From: the human T2T-CHM13v2.0 reference genome, Homo sapiens
NCBI RefSeq assembly: GCF_009914755.1
Contig: NC_060933.1
Length of the DNA: 64,000 bases
Direction: 5' to 3' (one strand)
In this document: piece after piece, positions 1-60,814 of the stretch
Position numbering within the stretch: the stretch's first letter is position 1
Layout of the letters: every line of letters starts with the position of its first letter
Made by a program: the position numbers and the translations under genes
The notes under the pieces: generated by a model
Told to the model about the DNA's origin: nothing
Databases searched by the model: none
What the model saw: only the letters and a program-made list of their open reading frames with translations

Positions 1-143
1 GGGACTACGGCCCCCCCATTGACCTGTGGGGTGCTGGGTGCATCATGGCAGAGATGTGGACCCGCAGCCCCATCATGCAGGGCAACACGGAGCAGCACCA
101 ACTCGCCCTCATCAGTCAGCTCTGCGGCTCCATCACCCCTGAG
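1..143 (+). CDS. CDK9: CDK9 penultimate coding exon (5' truncated by window)
   Basis: Translates (R)DYGPPIDLWGAGCIMAEMWTRSPIMQGNTEQHQLALISQLCGSITPE, CDK kinase subdomains IX-X; GT donor at 144. Confidence 0.98.
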
Positions 144-628
144 GTACGGGGCCCCGGTCCCCACGGGGTGCAGAGATCGAGGTCCCCCGGCAGAGGAGGA
201 GTGGGGAGTAGAATGGAAGGAGCGCTCCTCTCTGGAAGGGAGGCTGGTTTGGTGACAGGGCCTGTCTTGGGGTGGGGAGTGTGTGGGAGAAAAAAACACC
301 TGACACAGGCTGTGCGCCAGTCTCGGTTCCATCAGCTGTTCTGTGGCCTTGGGCAGAACATCTGAGTCAGCGCTGGGTTTCTCTTCTGTGAACCAGAAAT
401 GTGACGTGTATCAGGGTTGGAGCCCATATTCCAGGTGATGTGGGTGGAAGGACCTGGCACGTGGTATGTGCCAATCCATAGCGGGCACTGCTTCTGGGAG
501 GGGTCGAGTAGCAGTCTGGGAGCCTCCGAGTGGAGCAGGTATTTTAGTCCTTTTAGGCCTTTATGAAGGGATAAGCCACGCACCTCCTGACCGGACTCCA
601 TATTCTCTCAACGCCCCCTCCCTCCCAG

Positions 629-994
629 GTGTGGCCAAACGTGGACAACTATGAGCTGTACGAAAAGCTGGAGCTGGTCAAGGGCCAGAAGCGGAAGGTG
701 AAGGACAGGCTGAAGGCCTATGTGCGTGACCCATACGCACTGGACCTCATCGACAAGCTGCTGGTGCTGGACCCTGCCCAGCGCATCGACAGCGATGACG
801 CCCTCAACCACGACTTCTTCTGGTCCGACCCCATGCCCTCCGACCTCAAGGGCATGCTCTCCACCCACCTGACGTCCATGTTCGAGTACTTGGCACCACC
901 GCGCCGGAAGGGCAGCCAGATCACCCAGCAGTCCACCAACCAGAGTCGCAATCCCGCCACCACCAACCAGACGGAGTTTGAGCGCGTCTTCTGA
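629..994 (+). CDS. CDK9: CDK9 last coding exon
   Basis: Pyrimidine tract + AG at 627-628; VWPNVDNYELYEKL...DPAQRIDSDDALNHDFF...TEFERVF then TGA, the CDK9 C-terminus. Confidence 0.98.
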   Translation: MWPNVDNYELYEKLELVKGQKRKVKDRLKAYVRDPYALDLIDKLLVLDPAQRIDSDDALNHDFFWSDPMPSDLKGMLSTHLTSMFEYLAPPRRKGSQITQQSTNQSRNPATTNQTEFERVF

Positions 995-2536
<1,542 letters not shown>

Positions 2537-2569
2537 AAGGAAAAAATTCTTGATTGGTGTATTTGTTTT

Positions 2570-3260
<691 letters not shown>

Positions 3261-3282
3261 AGTAGTCAAATAAATCCAAATT

Positions 3283-3925
<643 letters not shown>

Positions 3926-4544
3926 CGAAATTAAAGCTGTTGTGTGCTGTCCTGACAGCAGTCACTAGGAATTGAGTGTGGATAAACTCACAGGGCTGGC
4001 CTAATTGTATTTTCTTTGAAGGATAAAAAGCTTCTCTAAAAGGTTCATATTCTTTGACTCAGCAATTCCACTTACAGGAATTTTTTAAGAGCAATTACAC
4101 AATGATAGTCTTTATCTCATTGAACACTCACTGCAATTTCGATGGTCTCATTCGTTCATTGAGCATATTTATTAGGTGTGTCTTCCAAGGGTCATCCCAT
4201 TCGGGACTTAATACAGCTGGAAACAGTGGTGGCCCGCCCCCACCCCAGTGGAGCTCACCTTCCAGTAGGTCTAAACTGGTTTGATTGAGTTCCATGGAAA
4301 ACAACAAAGTGGGGTAAGGGGAAAAGTAGTGGGGAGCTGAGGGGGTCAGCATGACATGGAAGCAGAAATCAAGAGACAAGGCTTTGTGGGGTGTGGGTGT
4401 GGGTCCAAGTGCCAAGGGCCAGGGAGCTTTGTAGAGTGTGTGGTTATGTTTCTCAGTGTTTCCTCATAGTTGGTTAACTAATACATTTGTTCATGCAATT
4501 AAGCCATCTTTTCATTTTCTAACATTTTTAAAAATACATATATT

Positions 4545-4718
<174 letters not shown>

Positions 4719-5107
4719 TGACCCAAGCTCATCCTCACCCCTCTTCCCCAGAGTCTACCCCAGGGAGGAACAGGGACTGGCCAGTCAGGTGAGGGTTCTC
4801 TAGCTTTGGCCTCAAGCTCTGGTGTGACATGGGTGCTGTTTTCACCTGTGGAGGGAGGTATGTCGCCTGGAATAAAGGCTCGCCAGAGGGCAGGGCCTTG
4901 TGCGGCTTTTCTCAGCACCTAGATAGTGCCTGGCACACATGAGTCTCTGGGATACAGTGGAGTGAGTGCAGTGAACAGATGGCTGAGGAGGCTGTGTAGA
5001 TGGGAAAGGCCTTCGCCAGCTCGCGGGGATGAGCTTAGGCCGGGGGACTGAGTTCTGTGTCCTGGCTTTTTGTTTGTTTTTTAAGAGCCTGGAGTCACAT
5101 CCTGCCC

Positions 5108-5513
<406 letters not shown>

Positions 5514-6402
5514 TGAAACAAAGCCTCTTCCTCCAGCGGACTTGGACTCTTAAGTCAGGGGTGTCGTGTGTCCACGCTGTACTTTGTATACGCCTCTCCC
5601 TGGCCAGGATCTCACCCTGGCAGGGCAAGGGCAAAACGGGCCCTAACTGTAAGGTGGGTGGGCTGGGATAAGGAGGCCTGGAAGAGGCCAGATAAAGCCA
5701 GCCCCAAGGTCTGGAAGCCTCCCAAGCATAGCCCCCTCCCCTCCCACCCACCTGCCTGTCTGCGTGCTTACCTTTAACCTCCACCCAGTTGTTACTTAAC
5801 TCGCGGTAAGGTTCTGACCAGTCCCATGCTCCACTCCAGAAACCCGCCAGGGAGGCTAAGTCCCTGGGCTGACCCTAGGATGAGGGCAGGAACCTATCAG
5901 GTAAAACCTTTCTCCCTGCACACTGGAAAGGCCAGAACTTCTGCCCCCAGTCCTGTCAGGGGAGGGGAGGCCTTGGCGTCTCCCAAATCACGTTTTCTGG
6001 GTCAACAAGCCTCACAGCTCTAGTTAAATCCTGGGCAGAGCTGGCTTGGCAGAGATGCCCACACCTGTGCGTCACTTCGTGCCCTACCCAGAAGGGGAGC
6101 AGGAAACCAAGGGATGAAAGGTGCTGGGTCCCTGGCTGCCTCCTTGCCCATGGCTGAGAAGTTCTGGTGGGAAGGAACCATGGAGGGCCCATCTGGATAT
6201 CCTTCCTCAGCTAAAACTGCCTCCTTCCAGGTAGGAGAACCCGGTGACCAGGCAGGTGGCCTTTCCTGTCTAAGCCTCAGTTTCTTGGGGGCGATGCTGC
6301 CAGCCCCTCACAGGGCTCAGCGCAGCACCCAGCATGCTTGGAGGGTGAGAACAAATTGAAAAAAGATCCCACATTTTTTTCCTCTGAAAATTTTGGTAAG
6401 AC

Positions 6403-7188
<786 letters not shown>

Positions 7189-7509
7189 TCATCCTCCTAA
7201 AGAGGAGACTAGGGGTCAGACAGGATCACAGAGGGAAGTGTCTTGCCCATGGTCACACAGCAGTTCGACAGCAGAGAGGGCCAGGGTGACCAGACAGGTG
7301 GTGGTAAGGTGCAAGGACCAACATTAAAGTCAGTAATCTGGGTTTGAATCGGCTTTGCCACGTCCATGTGCCTGCTGTATTCCTGGGTGAGTTGATTAAC
7401 CTCTCTGAGCTTCCATTTTTCCACCTGTAAAATAGGGATCATCTGTAATTCACACAATTTTCATGAGATTCCAGGTGCCAAACACAGGGATAAGTGCTTA
7501 ATAAATGTT

Positions 7510-7809
<300 letters not shown>

Positions 7810-8690
7810 AGTGCCTACTTAATAAATGTTAACAAGAAAAACCCACCCCAAAAAAGGAAAGAGGACAAACACAAGGCAAGGGTGTTTCAGCAGAGGCAAA
7901 CATCGCGAGCAAAAGCTTGCAGGTGGGAGAGGCCAAGGCCAGTTGCTGAAGTCCTTGCCAGCTGGCAGGGACTGTGCCCTGTAAGTGGGGGATGAGTCCA
8001 GAGGCAGGCAGGGACCAGGCCACAGTGAACTTGTGGGTTTTATTAATCCCAAGTGTATGACGGGGCAGGAGAGAGTGTAGTATCCCAGGCAGATCTGAGT
8101 TCAGAAAGACCTGACCCACTCTGTCTGTCTCTCTCTCAGCCTTAGCCTGCCACTCTACAGTGGTTACCATCTGACCTGATCAGGGTTTGTAAATCTGTAT
8201 ATTCCTTTGTGAATTTCTTTATTTGCTGCCCTCTCACCCCCAGGACTGGGTGCTCTGTGAGCAGTACCTTGTCTTCTGTTCTCCACAGTGACCCCAGCAT
8301 CTAGTCCAGGGTCTGGCAGAGATAATTTCTTCCAATGAATAAGTGAATGAATGACATCGTTTCCCTGTGGGAAGGTGGGGATTGAGGCAGAGTTCCTCAG
8401 TCTGCTCCTACCCCAGCCCCTCCTCCTGTCCACACGCACCTGCAGATCTGCCCGCATGAGTGGGCACTGGCCCACTTACTGGTTCCCCTGCCCCCTTTGT
8501 TTTCTATTGTTCTTCCTGGAGAGAGAGAACGCAGTGCCTTCGTGGTCACCAAAAGGCCAACGGCGATTCCCTCTCCAGCTGCATGATGAAGATCCCTTTG
8601 ATTTTTCCGTTTACAGTTTCTTCTAGTTCCTTCTATAAATATTTGTGGCTTTTCAAGTAAAAAGCCACAAAGGAGGTGAGTGGGCTGTAA

Positions 8691-9288
<598 letters not shown>

Positions 9289-9299
9289 CAAACGGCTGT

Positions 9300-10652
<1,353 letters not shown>

Positions 10653-10944
10653 TGATATATTATCCAAAAAATACCAGAATTTAAAAAGAAAACATAAGAA
10701 AAAGTGTTTTTTCCAGCAATGTGGACAGGCTTTCCACCTTACACCACAGGAGGGACTCCGGCTCTGGGATCTCATTCTTGGAGGAATGGCTTAGAGCACC
10801 TATGCCACCTCCTACAGATGAGTCCACTGAGGCCACCAATAGTAGATCTGGAAAAAATACTTGCCCTACAGAGGACAGAAACTGAGGGATAATATCAGTA
10901 CTACACAAAGTGCCTTTTTTTCTTTTTTTTAACTTTTTAAACAT

Positions 10945-11549
<605 letters not shown>

Positions 11550-12118
11550 CACAAAGGGCTATTATAACTGACATGAAAAAGCGAATCAGACATTAGAAAA
11601 ATGGGCCAAGGATGGGTTAGGCAGTTCACTGACATAAATGCATGGGAAGATACTCAAGTTCACTGCAGCAGGGGAATGACAGAAACACTGAGATGGTTCT
11701 CTGCACCCTGTGGTCTGGGGGCATCCTGGGAGAGGGGTGCCTCCTTCACACACAGCTGCTGGGATGCCAAGACTACAGCAGCATTGGGGAAAAGGATTGC
11801 AAACATCCCTGGACCCAACCCCACCCCTCCATGCAATCCAACTCCCAGAAATCAAGCCCTTCGACGTAAACGCATATCCATAGCAGCAAAACACTGAAGG
11901 CAGAATGAATGCCCTTCCACAGGCGAATCCAGGATGCTCCTGGGAAGGCCATACGACCATTAAAGACGCTGAATTAGCAGTGTCCCTGGGGAGACAGGGA
12001 AGGAGGCGCAGAGGCTAAGAATAAGGACTCTGGGGCCAGACGTCAAATCTTGGTTTTGTGACTTGAGCATATGCTTTTACTCCTTTGGGCCTATATGATA
12101 ATATTAGTACCTATTTCA

Positions 12119-12593
<475 letters not shown>

Positions 12594-12876
12594 TCATGCC
12601 TGTGATTCCAGCACTTTGGTAGGCCCAGGTGAGAGGATTGCTTGAGGGCAGGAGTTTAAGGCTGCAGTGAGCTATGATTGTGCCACTGCACTCCAGCTTG
12701 AGTTATAGATTGGGACCCTGTCTCTAAAAATAAACATTTTTGAAAAGCTAAGATGCAAAAATATTGTCACCTGCATTGGCAAGACCCTATAGATGTCTAG
12801 GTGTGTCTGGTTTCATGAGCATAGAAAACTATGGGACACATACTTAGTCGTCAACAGGATTGCCAGAGGAGGAACT

Positions 12877-12894
12877 GTGTGTGTGTGTGTGTGT
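12877..12894. repeat. (TG)n microsatellite
   Basis: tgtgtgtgtgtgtgtgtg. Confidence 0.9.
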
Positions 12895-12937
12895 ATGGGG
12901 GAAGGGGGAAGGGAGTAAGCAAAATAAAAATATTTAA

Positions 12938-13546
<609 letters not shown>

Positions 13547-14343
13547 TGACAGACTCTTCCCAAAACATCACTTGCTTATTTCGAAATCAAACAATTTCTC
13601 ATAAATATTTTCTCCCAATGCTGGGAAGAGGGAGAGGGGAAGGAGGTACGGAAACTCCATCAATCATTTGAAGGGCTGCCTTTTATCAGACTGATTTTCC
13701 GTAGTGGGTTGTTTGCAGCTTCCTCCTCCCCAGTTCTGGGCCTCAGCTGTCAAAAGGATTTCACCATGCAACTTTTTCATGCTAGCAGTTGGGGCCAAGA
13801 AGCTAATAGATGGGAAAAAGCTCTGAAAACTCCAGGACGACAAATAGGTGTCCTCCTCACAGAAAAGGATTACTGCCCCACCATCCCCAGGTGGCCGTCA
13901 AATCCGTTCTCTAAACGGCAGCAGCTGTTTAGAGGTGTCCACCAGGTGTCCGCAGCTTTGTCATCCTATCCCTGTTCGGGGCAGAGACTGAGGGCTGCTG
14001 ACCCGGACCGGCTATTTTGGGACGTGCTGCGGGGGGCCTTGGGAGGTTGGTGACGAAAGGAGTGCGTGCCCGCTAAGGGAGGGGACGCCCCGGAGCGTAC
14101 ACTCATAAACCTGGTCCCGAGGCCTGCCCCTCACCAGGATGGTGCACGCGGAAGGGGCGGCTTTTTAGTGGCGCAAGGGGGCTGGTCGGTGGTAGTTTGG
14201 GGCGGTGCTGATTGATGGCGGGCGGGGCGGGGCGGTGCTGATTGGCGGGGGGGGCGGGGTGAGGCGACGCTGCGCTGATTGGCTGGGGGCGGGGCGGGGC
14301 GTCTCCCGCCCGGGCCTAGAGCGCTGCCGGGGGCGCCGGGACT

Positions 14344-25023
<10,680 letters not shown>

Positions 25024-25455
25024 CCAAGGCCCGGGGTTGGAGGTGGGAGCTTCCCACACCTGCCTGCGTTCTCCCCATGAACTTACATACTAGGTGCCTT
25101 TTGTTTTTGGCTTTCCTGGTTCTGTCTAGACTGGCCTAGGGGCCAGGGCTTTGGGATGGGAGGCCGGGAGAGGATGTCTTTTTTAAGGCTCTGTGCCTTG
25201 GTCTCTCCTTCCTCTTGGCTGAGATAGCAGAGGGGCTCCCCGGGTCTCTCACTGTTGCAGTGGCCTGGCCGTTCAGCCTGTCTCCCCCAACACCCCGCCT
25301 GCCTCCTGGCTCAGGCCCAGCTTATTGTGTGCGCTGCCTGGCCAGGCCCTGGGTCTTGCCATGTGCTGGGTGGTAGATTTCCTCCTCCCAGTGCCTTCTG
25401 GGAAGGGAGAGGGCCTCTGCCTGGGACACTGCGGGACAGAGGGTGGCTGGAGTGA

Positions 25456-25461
25456 ATTAAA
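25456..25461 (+). terminator. FPGS: FPGS poly(A) signal ATTAAA
   Basis: Hexamer ~430 nt after the stop, followed by a T-rich stretch. Confidence 0.75.
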
Positions 25462-25783
25462 GCCTTTGTTTTTTAAAGAAATGGCAAAGCCTTCGACTGA
25501 CCCTTGACCCCCTGCTCCCTCAGCAGAGACGGAGGGAGGGGCTGCTGGTGGTCAGGGACCTGCACTGTGTAGAGGGAGCCTGGCTGTGTGGCCTGGAACA
25601 AGTCCCTCCCTCCCTGTGCGCCTCAGGTGGCCTGTCTGTGAGATGAGAAGAAGACCAGACTGAAGCCTGTTCACCATATGCCAGGCAGTGCTTTCTGCAG
25701 ACCCCCTTGCAGAGACCTTGTGATGGAGAATTATACACATTTGACAGACGAGGGAACTGTGGCTGGTTTCAAGAAGCCATGGA

Positions 25784-26140
<357 letters not shown>

Positions 26141-26450
26141 TTAGAGCAGTCGAGGGCCTGTGTTCGGAACCCCAGAGTGAGAGTGTGGATGGGGCCTCCT
26201 GGTGTTTGCTTTCTTGCAGCCTAGACCCTGGGGTGTGCTGTCGAGTGGGTGAATGGCAGAGGGGAACTGGCTGAATGAAAACCTGCTGTGCCCTGGATGC
26301 TGCTACTGTTCAGGATGCCACCCCTGCCACCAGGCCAGCCCAGTGGGGGCCAACTACAAAAGCAGCCCTGTCCTGTGCCCTCACCCCACCCTGGCTTTGA
26401 ATGTCACTGCCCTTCTCCCAGCCCAACCCATCACTGGTTTCATGGTCTGA

Positions 26451-26456
26451 TTTATT
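26451..26456 (-). terminator. ENG: ENG poly(A) signal AATAAA
   Basis: TTTATT on +, ~645 nt past the ENG stop. Confidence 0.85.
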
Positions 26457-27100
26457 GGTGGTGAATACACAGGGGCAGGCCCAGGACAAGCAGCTTGGCT
26501 ACTCCCCCTCTGCTGGCTGCCCGACCGGCAGAGGGGGCTCCATGTGGCAGGAGCTAGGCTCCCAACGCCCACTGTTCTTGCCACCCTCTGGGCTCCCAGG
26601 CTGGGCTCCGCTAGGCTCCTGTCTCCCCTGCCAGTTAGTTAGGCAAGTTCAGGTGTGGAGGCCGCAGGGATAGATCCAGGTGGCTCTGGGCTGGGCCCTC
26701 TTCTCTTCCCAGCGGGGAGGTGCTGTTGGCCTGGCTGGGCTGGCCTGAATCTGTTTCAAGTTCTCCCTTCCTGCCCAGCTCAGTTCACCAGTGCTGGATC
26801 CAGGTTCAAATGACAGGGACTTGGGTTTTTACAACAGCGTGGCAAGTGGTCTGTCTCCTGGGCAGCCATATCCCAGACCCACTGGGTTGAAGGTTCTGTG
26901 GGGTGGAGGGACCCCAAGGTGTTCCAAGCCAGTGGCTGCACTGGCAGCAGGCCTCTGAGAGGGAGGCGGGAAGGGTAGGCGCGGAGAGCAGGCTCCATTC
27001 TGGGTCGAGTGGAGGACTGGCTCCCAGGGTGAGTTCACACCAGTGCTCCCAGCTGGCGGCTGCTCAGTCTCTCCTGCTGGGCGAGCGCGGGGGGCCGGGG

Positions 27101-54661
<27,561 letters not shown>

Positions 54662-54883
54662 CTGTTGGAGAAACATCCGGAAAGAGGCCAGGTGAGAATA
54701 AGGTGATGACAATGACTCCTACTTTCCAAACGTCTCCTAGGGACTTGACATGAGCTAACGGCTTTCCTGCATCATCACAGCCACCTTATGAGGTGGATAT
54801 CATTATATTCGTTCCATGGATTAAAAAAAACCAAGGCTAGGAGAGGAAACGTCTCCTGCCCAAGGTCACAGCGCTACTACGTA

Positions 54884-56172
<1,289 letters not shown>

Positions 56173-57117
56173 ACTTCATGGCAGGGCCTAGGTGTGAACC
56201 CAAGTCTCCCTCCAGGTAAGGCAGGAGCTGAGCTCAGGAGACAAAGCTTCCCCTCTCTTGCCTCAAGGTGGTGGGAGGAATGGTCTGAAGGGGTTGAGAG
56301 TTCCCTAGCCCCAAGGGACAGGGCGAGCCGAGAAGGCGGCCCAGGTTTGGAGGCTGCCAGAGCAGACCGCAGAGCCCGGAAACACAGGTCCTGAGGGAAA
56401 GGAATGGAATTTCACCCTGACCCAGCAGGGTCGGAAAAGGAAATGAGGCTCCTACACCTCGTCCTGAGGAATGTGCCGGGGGAAGGGGGCTCCGGAGGAG
56501 GGAAGGAGGACAGAAGGGGAGACTGTTTGGAAGTTTGTGTCTCCATCTTGTCGCGCTCACTTCCTGTTTTCTTGGAGATCAAAGATGGGCGCGGAGAGAC
56601 TGGCTTCATGTCCAGCCAAGGCCGGCTCAGAGGAGGGGGCAGGGAGGCTTCTGCTGAACCCTGGGCTGTCTGGAGCCTCACCGGCCTCCTTCCTCACCTT
56701 CCCACAGCACGTTGGGCTCTGGGCCCCAGAAGTCAGCAAAGGAAGTGAGATGGTCACCCCTTGCCATGGCAACGCCATTCCCAGCTCTGTCTTGGGAAGG
56801 AGAAGATCTGGATGAGGACTTCTGGCTGCCACGGGGGCCCAGGCCTTATATGTCGTCTCTCTGACCCTATCCTACATGTCCCAGGGACTCTGGAGTGCCT
56901 GGACATAGTGGCATTTTGGTTAAAAGCAAGCTCCCTGGAGCCAGGCTGACCTGGTTTGCCTCTCAGGCCCAATGCTTACCAGCTATGTGGCTCTGGTGAA
57001 TGATTTCACCTCTTGGGGCTTCAATACCTGGTCTATAAAATGACAACAGAGCCCACATGATCCACAGAGGTGGCTGGGAGGACTCCATGAGACTGGGCAC
57101 ATGGCAATTCTTTCTTA

Positions 57118-57435
<318 letters not shown>

Positions 57436-58878
57436 GGCAGCTTTCTCTTAATTACAATTATTTGACTGACTTCAGTCACTGTAGAATTGACTGTTCTAAG
57501 GGGTGGGGTGAAGTGGCGGGATGGGGTGGCCTCCAGGTGACGGTCCTCTGGGATGGAGAGGTCACTGGGATCTCCCTCACCCCAACAAAATCAAGGGCTG
57601 GTGCCATCTCCTGTCTCCAGTCCCTCTGACCCACCAGCCCCCATGTTCTCCCCACCCTCTCCTTTCCTCATCGGTGAGCGCAGGTTCCTTGGCTGTTACC
57701 TAGCTTAAGCCCCTCCTACTCAGATGGGGAGACTGAGGTCTGGAGGGACGGGACAGGTCAAAGTCTCACAGCACATGGTTGACCAGGCCGGGCCTCGGAC
57801 CCGCGTCTCCCAACATGACCCAGTGTCTGGCCTGCAGATTATCGCAGCGCCTCCCTCCTTCCCTTTGGGACTTTCCCTGCCCCCTCCCCAGACTTCCAGG
57901 AACCCCAGTTCCTCCCGGATTGCTGGGGCCGCCTGGGGCCGCCTCCTCCATGCCGTCAGCCAGCGGGAGAGGCCACAAGCCTGGCCATTATGTAATGATC
58001 AGATAACAGGCCTGGCGGGGAGATCAGATAAGAGGTCCATTTATTTTGGGGCCTTTTCGAATCCTGGCCGCCCCCACCCCGCAGACGAGAATGGGGAGAC
58101 AGGAGGGAGTGTGACGCCTGGGCCTGTCTCCCGGAGCCTGAGGCGGGCCCAGACCAAGTTGAAAACAATCCCCTGGCACCAAGGGAAACGCCAGGGCCTC
58201 CCGGGACTGGGTCAGAGGAGGAGCCGCTGGGGGCCTGGGTGACTGGAACCCCAAGTGAGAGACCCAGAAGCCACCTCCCACCACTGTCCCCTCTCCACCC
58301 TCGCCACCCATGTGCACACAGCACCTCCCAGATTTCCAGAGGGCTACCTTCAGCACCTTGGAGGATGATCAAGAAAAACAGCTCTGGAGCCAGATGGCCT
58401 GGATCAAATCCCAGCTCTGCCTCTTAAAATGCTGGTCACCTTGAGCAGAAGCCTAACCTCTCTGAGCCTCAGTTTCCCCATTTGCAGACCACCAATAATC
58501 ACTGCAGATGCTCCCATCATGCTTACTGGGAGCCTAGGCAGCTTTACACGAGTGAACTCATTTGATCCTCACAGCAGCCTTGTGAGGTGGGCGGCGCTAT
58601 TACACCCATGCACACTCCAGGAAACTGAAGACCAGGGCGGTTAAAGAAACTGAAGACCAGCTGCCCGAGGTGACCCAGCTACTAAGTGTCACGGCCTGGA
58701 TTTAAACCCAGACAGTCTGGCTCCAGCAAGCAGCAGGCATTCACAGGCTGAGTGTGTCAGTTTGATGGGGTAACCCCTGTTGAGTGCCTGGTACTAAGTA
58801 GGTGCCCCAGACACAGAAGCTGTGAATATTATTTCATCATACTAGGACAGATACTTTTCTTCCCGCTGCCACCCCCCC

Positions 58879-60034
<1,156 letters not shown>

Positions 60035-60250
60035 TGAAAATCTCACTGAAGCCAGTCCCTCCTTTCTTAGGTGCATCCGTCCTTGGGTGTCCTTGGAGAA
60101 CCAGACCATACATGCCCAGGTGTGCTGTTTTGATTTGTCAGTGTGTCTGCACTCCCAGCAGACAGTGAGTTTTTCCAGGACAAGGAGAGTCCACAGCATT
60201 CCATGTCCCAATCAGTTAGTCCAGGGCTCAGAGCAAACATCCACTTCCAC

Positions 60251-60814
60251 TGGATACAGTGAGTTCTAGATTTCTCTTCAAAGAATCAGTATGTCAGTAT
60301 GTTCAGTTCTTTGTCCTCCATTTTAAAGTTTAACTTCCTCATGGTTTCAGTAAACAACCTTTTCCACCAGTTTTAATCAGTAGTTCACATCTGTTCCCCT
60401 GGTCACCTGCTCCATCCTGACTCATCCTGGTCATGTGCTTTGACCTCACAAACCCCTGGTCACCTGCTTTGACCTAAGTCACCTTTAGTTACCTGTTCCT
60501 AACCATCCTTCCCTCCAAACTACTCACCCCGCCACTCTGGCTCATACCCCTGCTCTCTCTAAAATAGCTAACTGGAATTAGCTTAGACTGTGCGGTCCAA
60601 CACTAGCCCGTAGGGGAACGACGTAGCAGTAGGGGCTACCTGCGTCAGGAGTAAGAACCCCTTCCCCTCCCTTGTTCAGATGTGCTCTCGCCATTACTCC
60701 ATTCTTGAATCGCACCCTTCTGTAGAAGTAAAAATTGCCTTGCTGAGAAGATTAAATTTATGTTCAAGTGCTATTTCTTTGCGGCACTGAGGAACAAGCA
60801 TTTTGTTTCTAACA
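60251..60814 (+). mobile_element. Solo LTR of the LTR10 (HERV-I, ERV1) family
   Basis: TG...CA ends with 4-bp TSD CCAC; GAGTTCTAGATTTCTCTTCAAAGAATCAGTATGTCAGTATGTTC start resembles LTR10 as I recall it; internal ~29-bp repeats; ATTAAA at 60751. Confidence 0.8.

Noticed and set aside
58621-58660. 15-bp direct repeat GAAACTGAAGACCAG x2
   Set aside because: Small slippage duplication inside a MIR fragment; only two units, not an array.
60398-60497. Regularly spaced ~29-bp repeats superficially like a CRISPR array
   Set aside because: Tandem units without unique spacers, internal to an ERV LTR in a mammalian genome.
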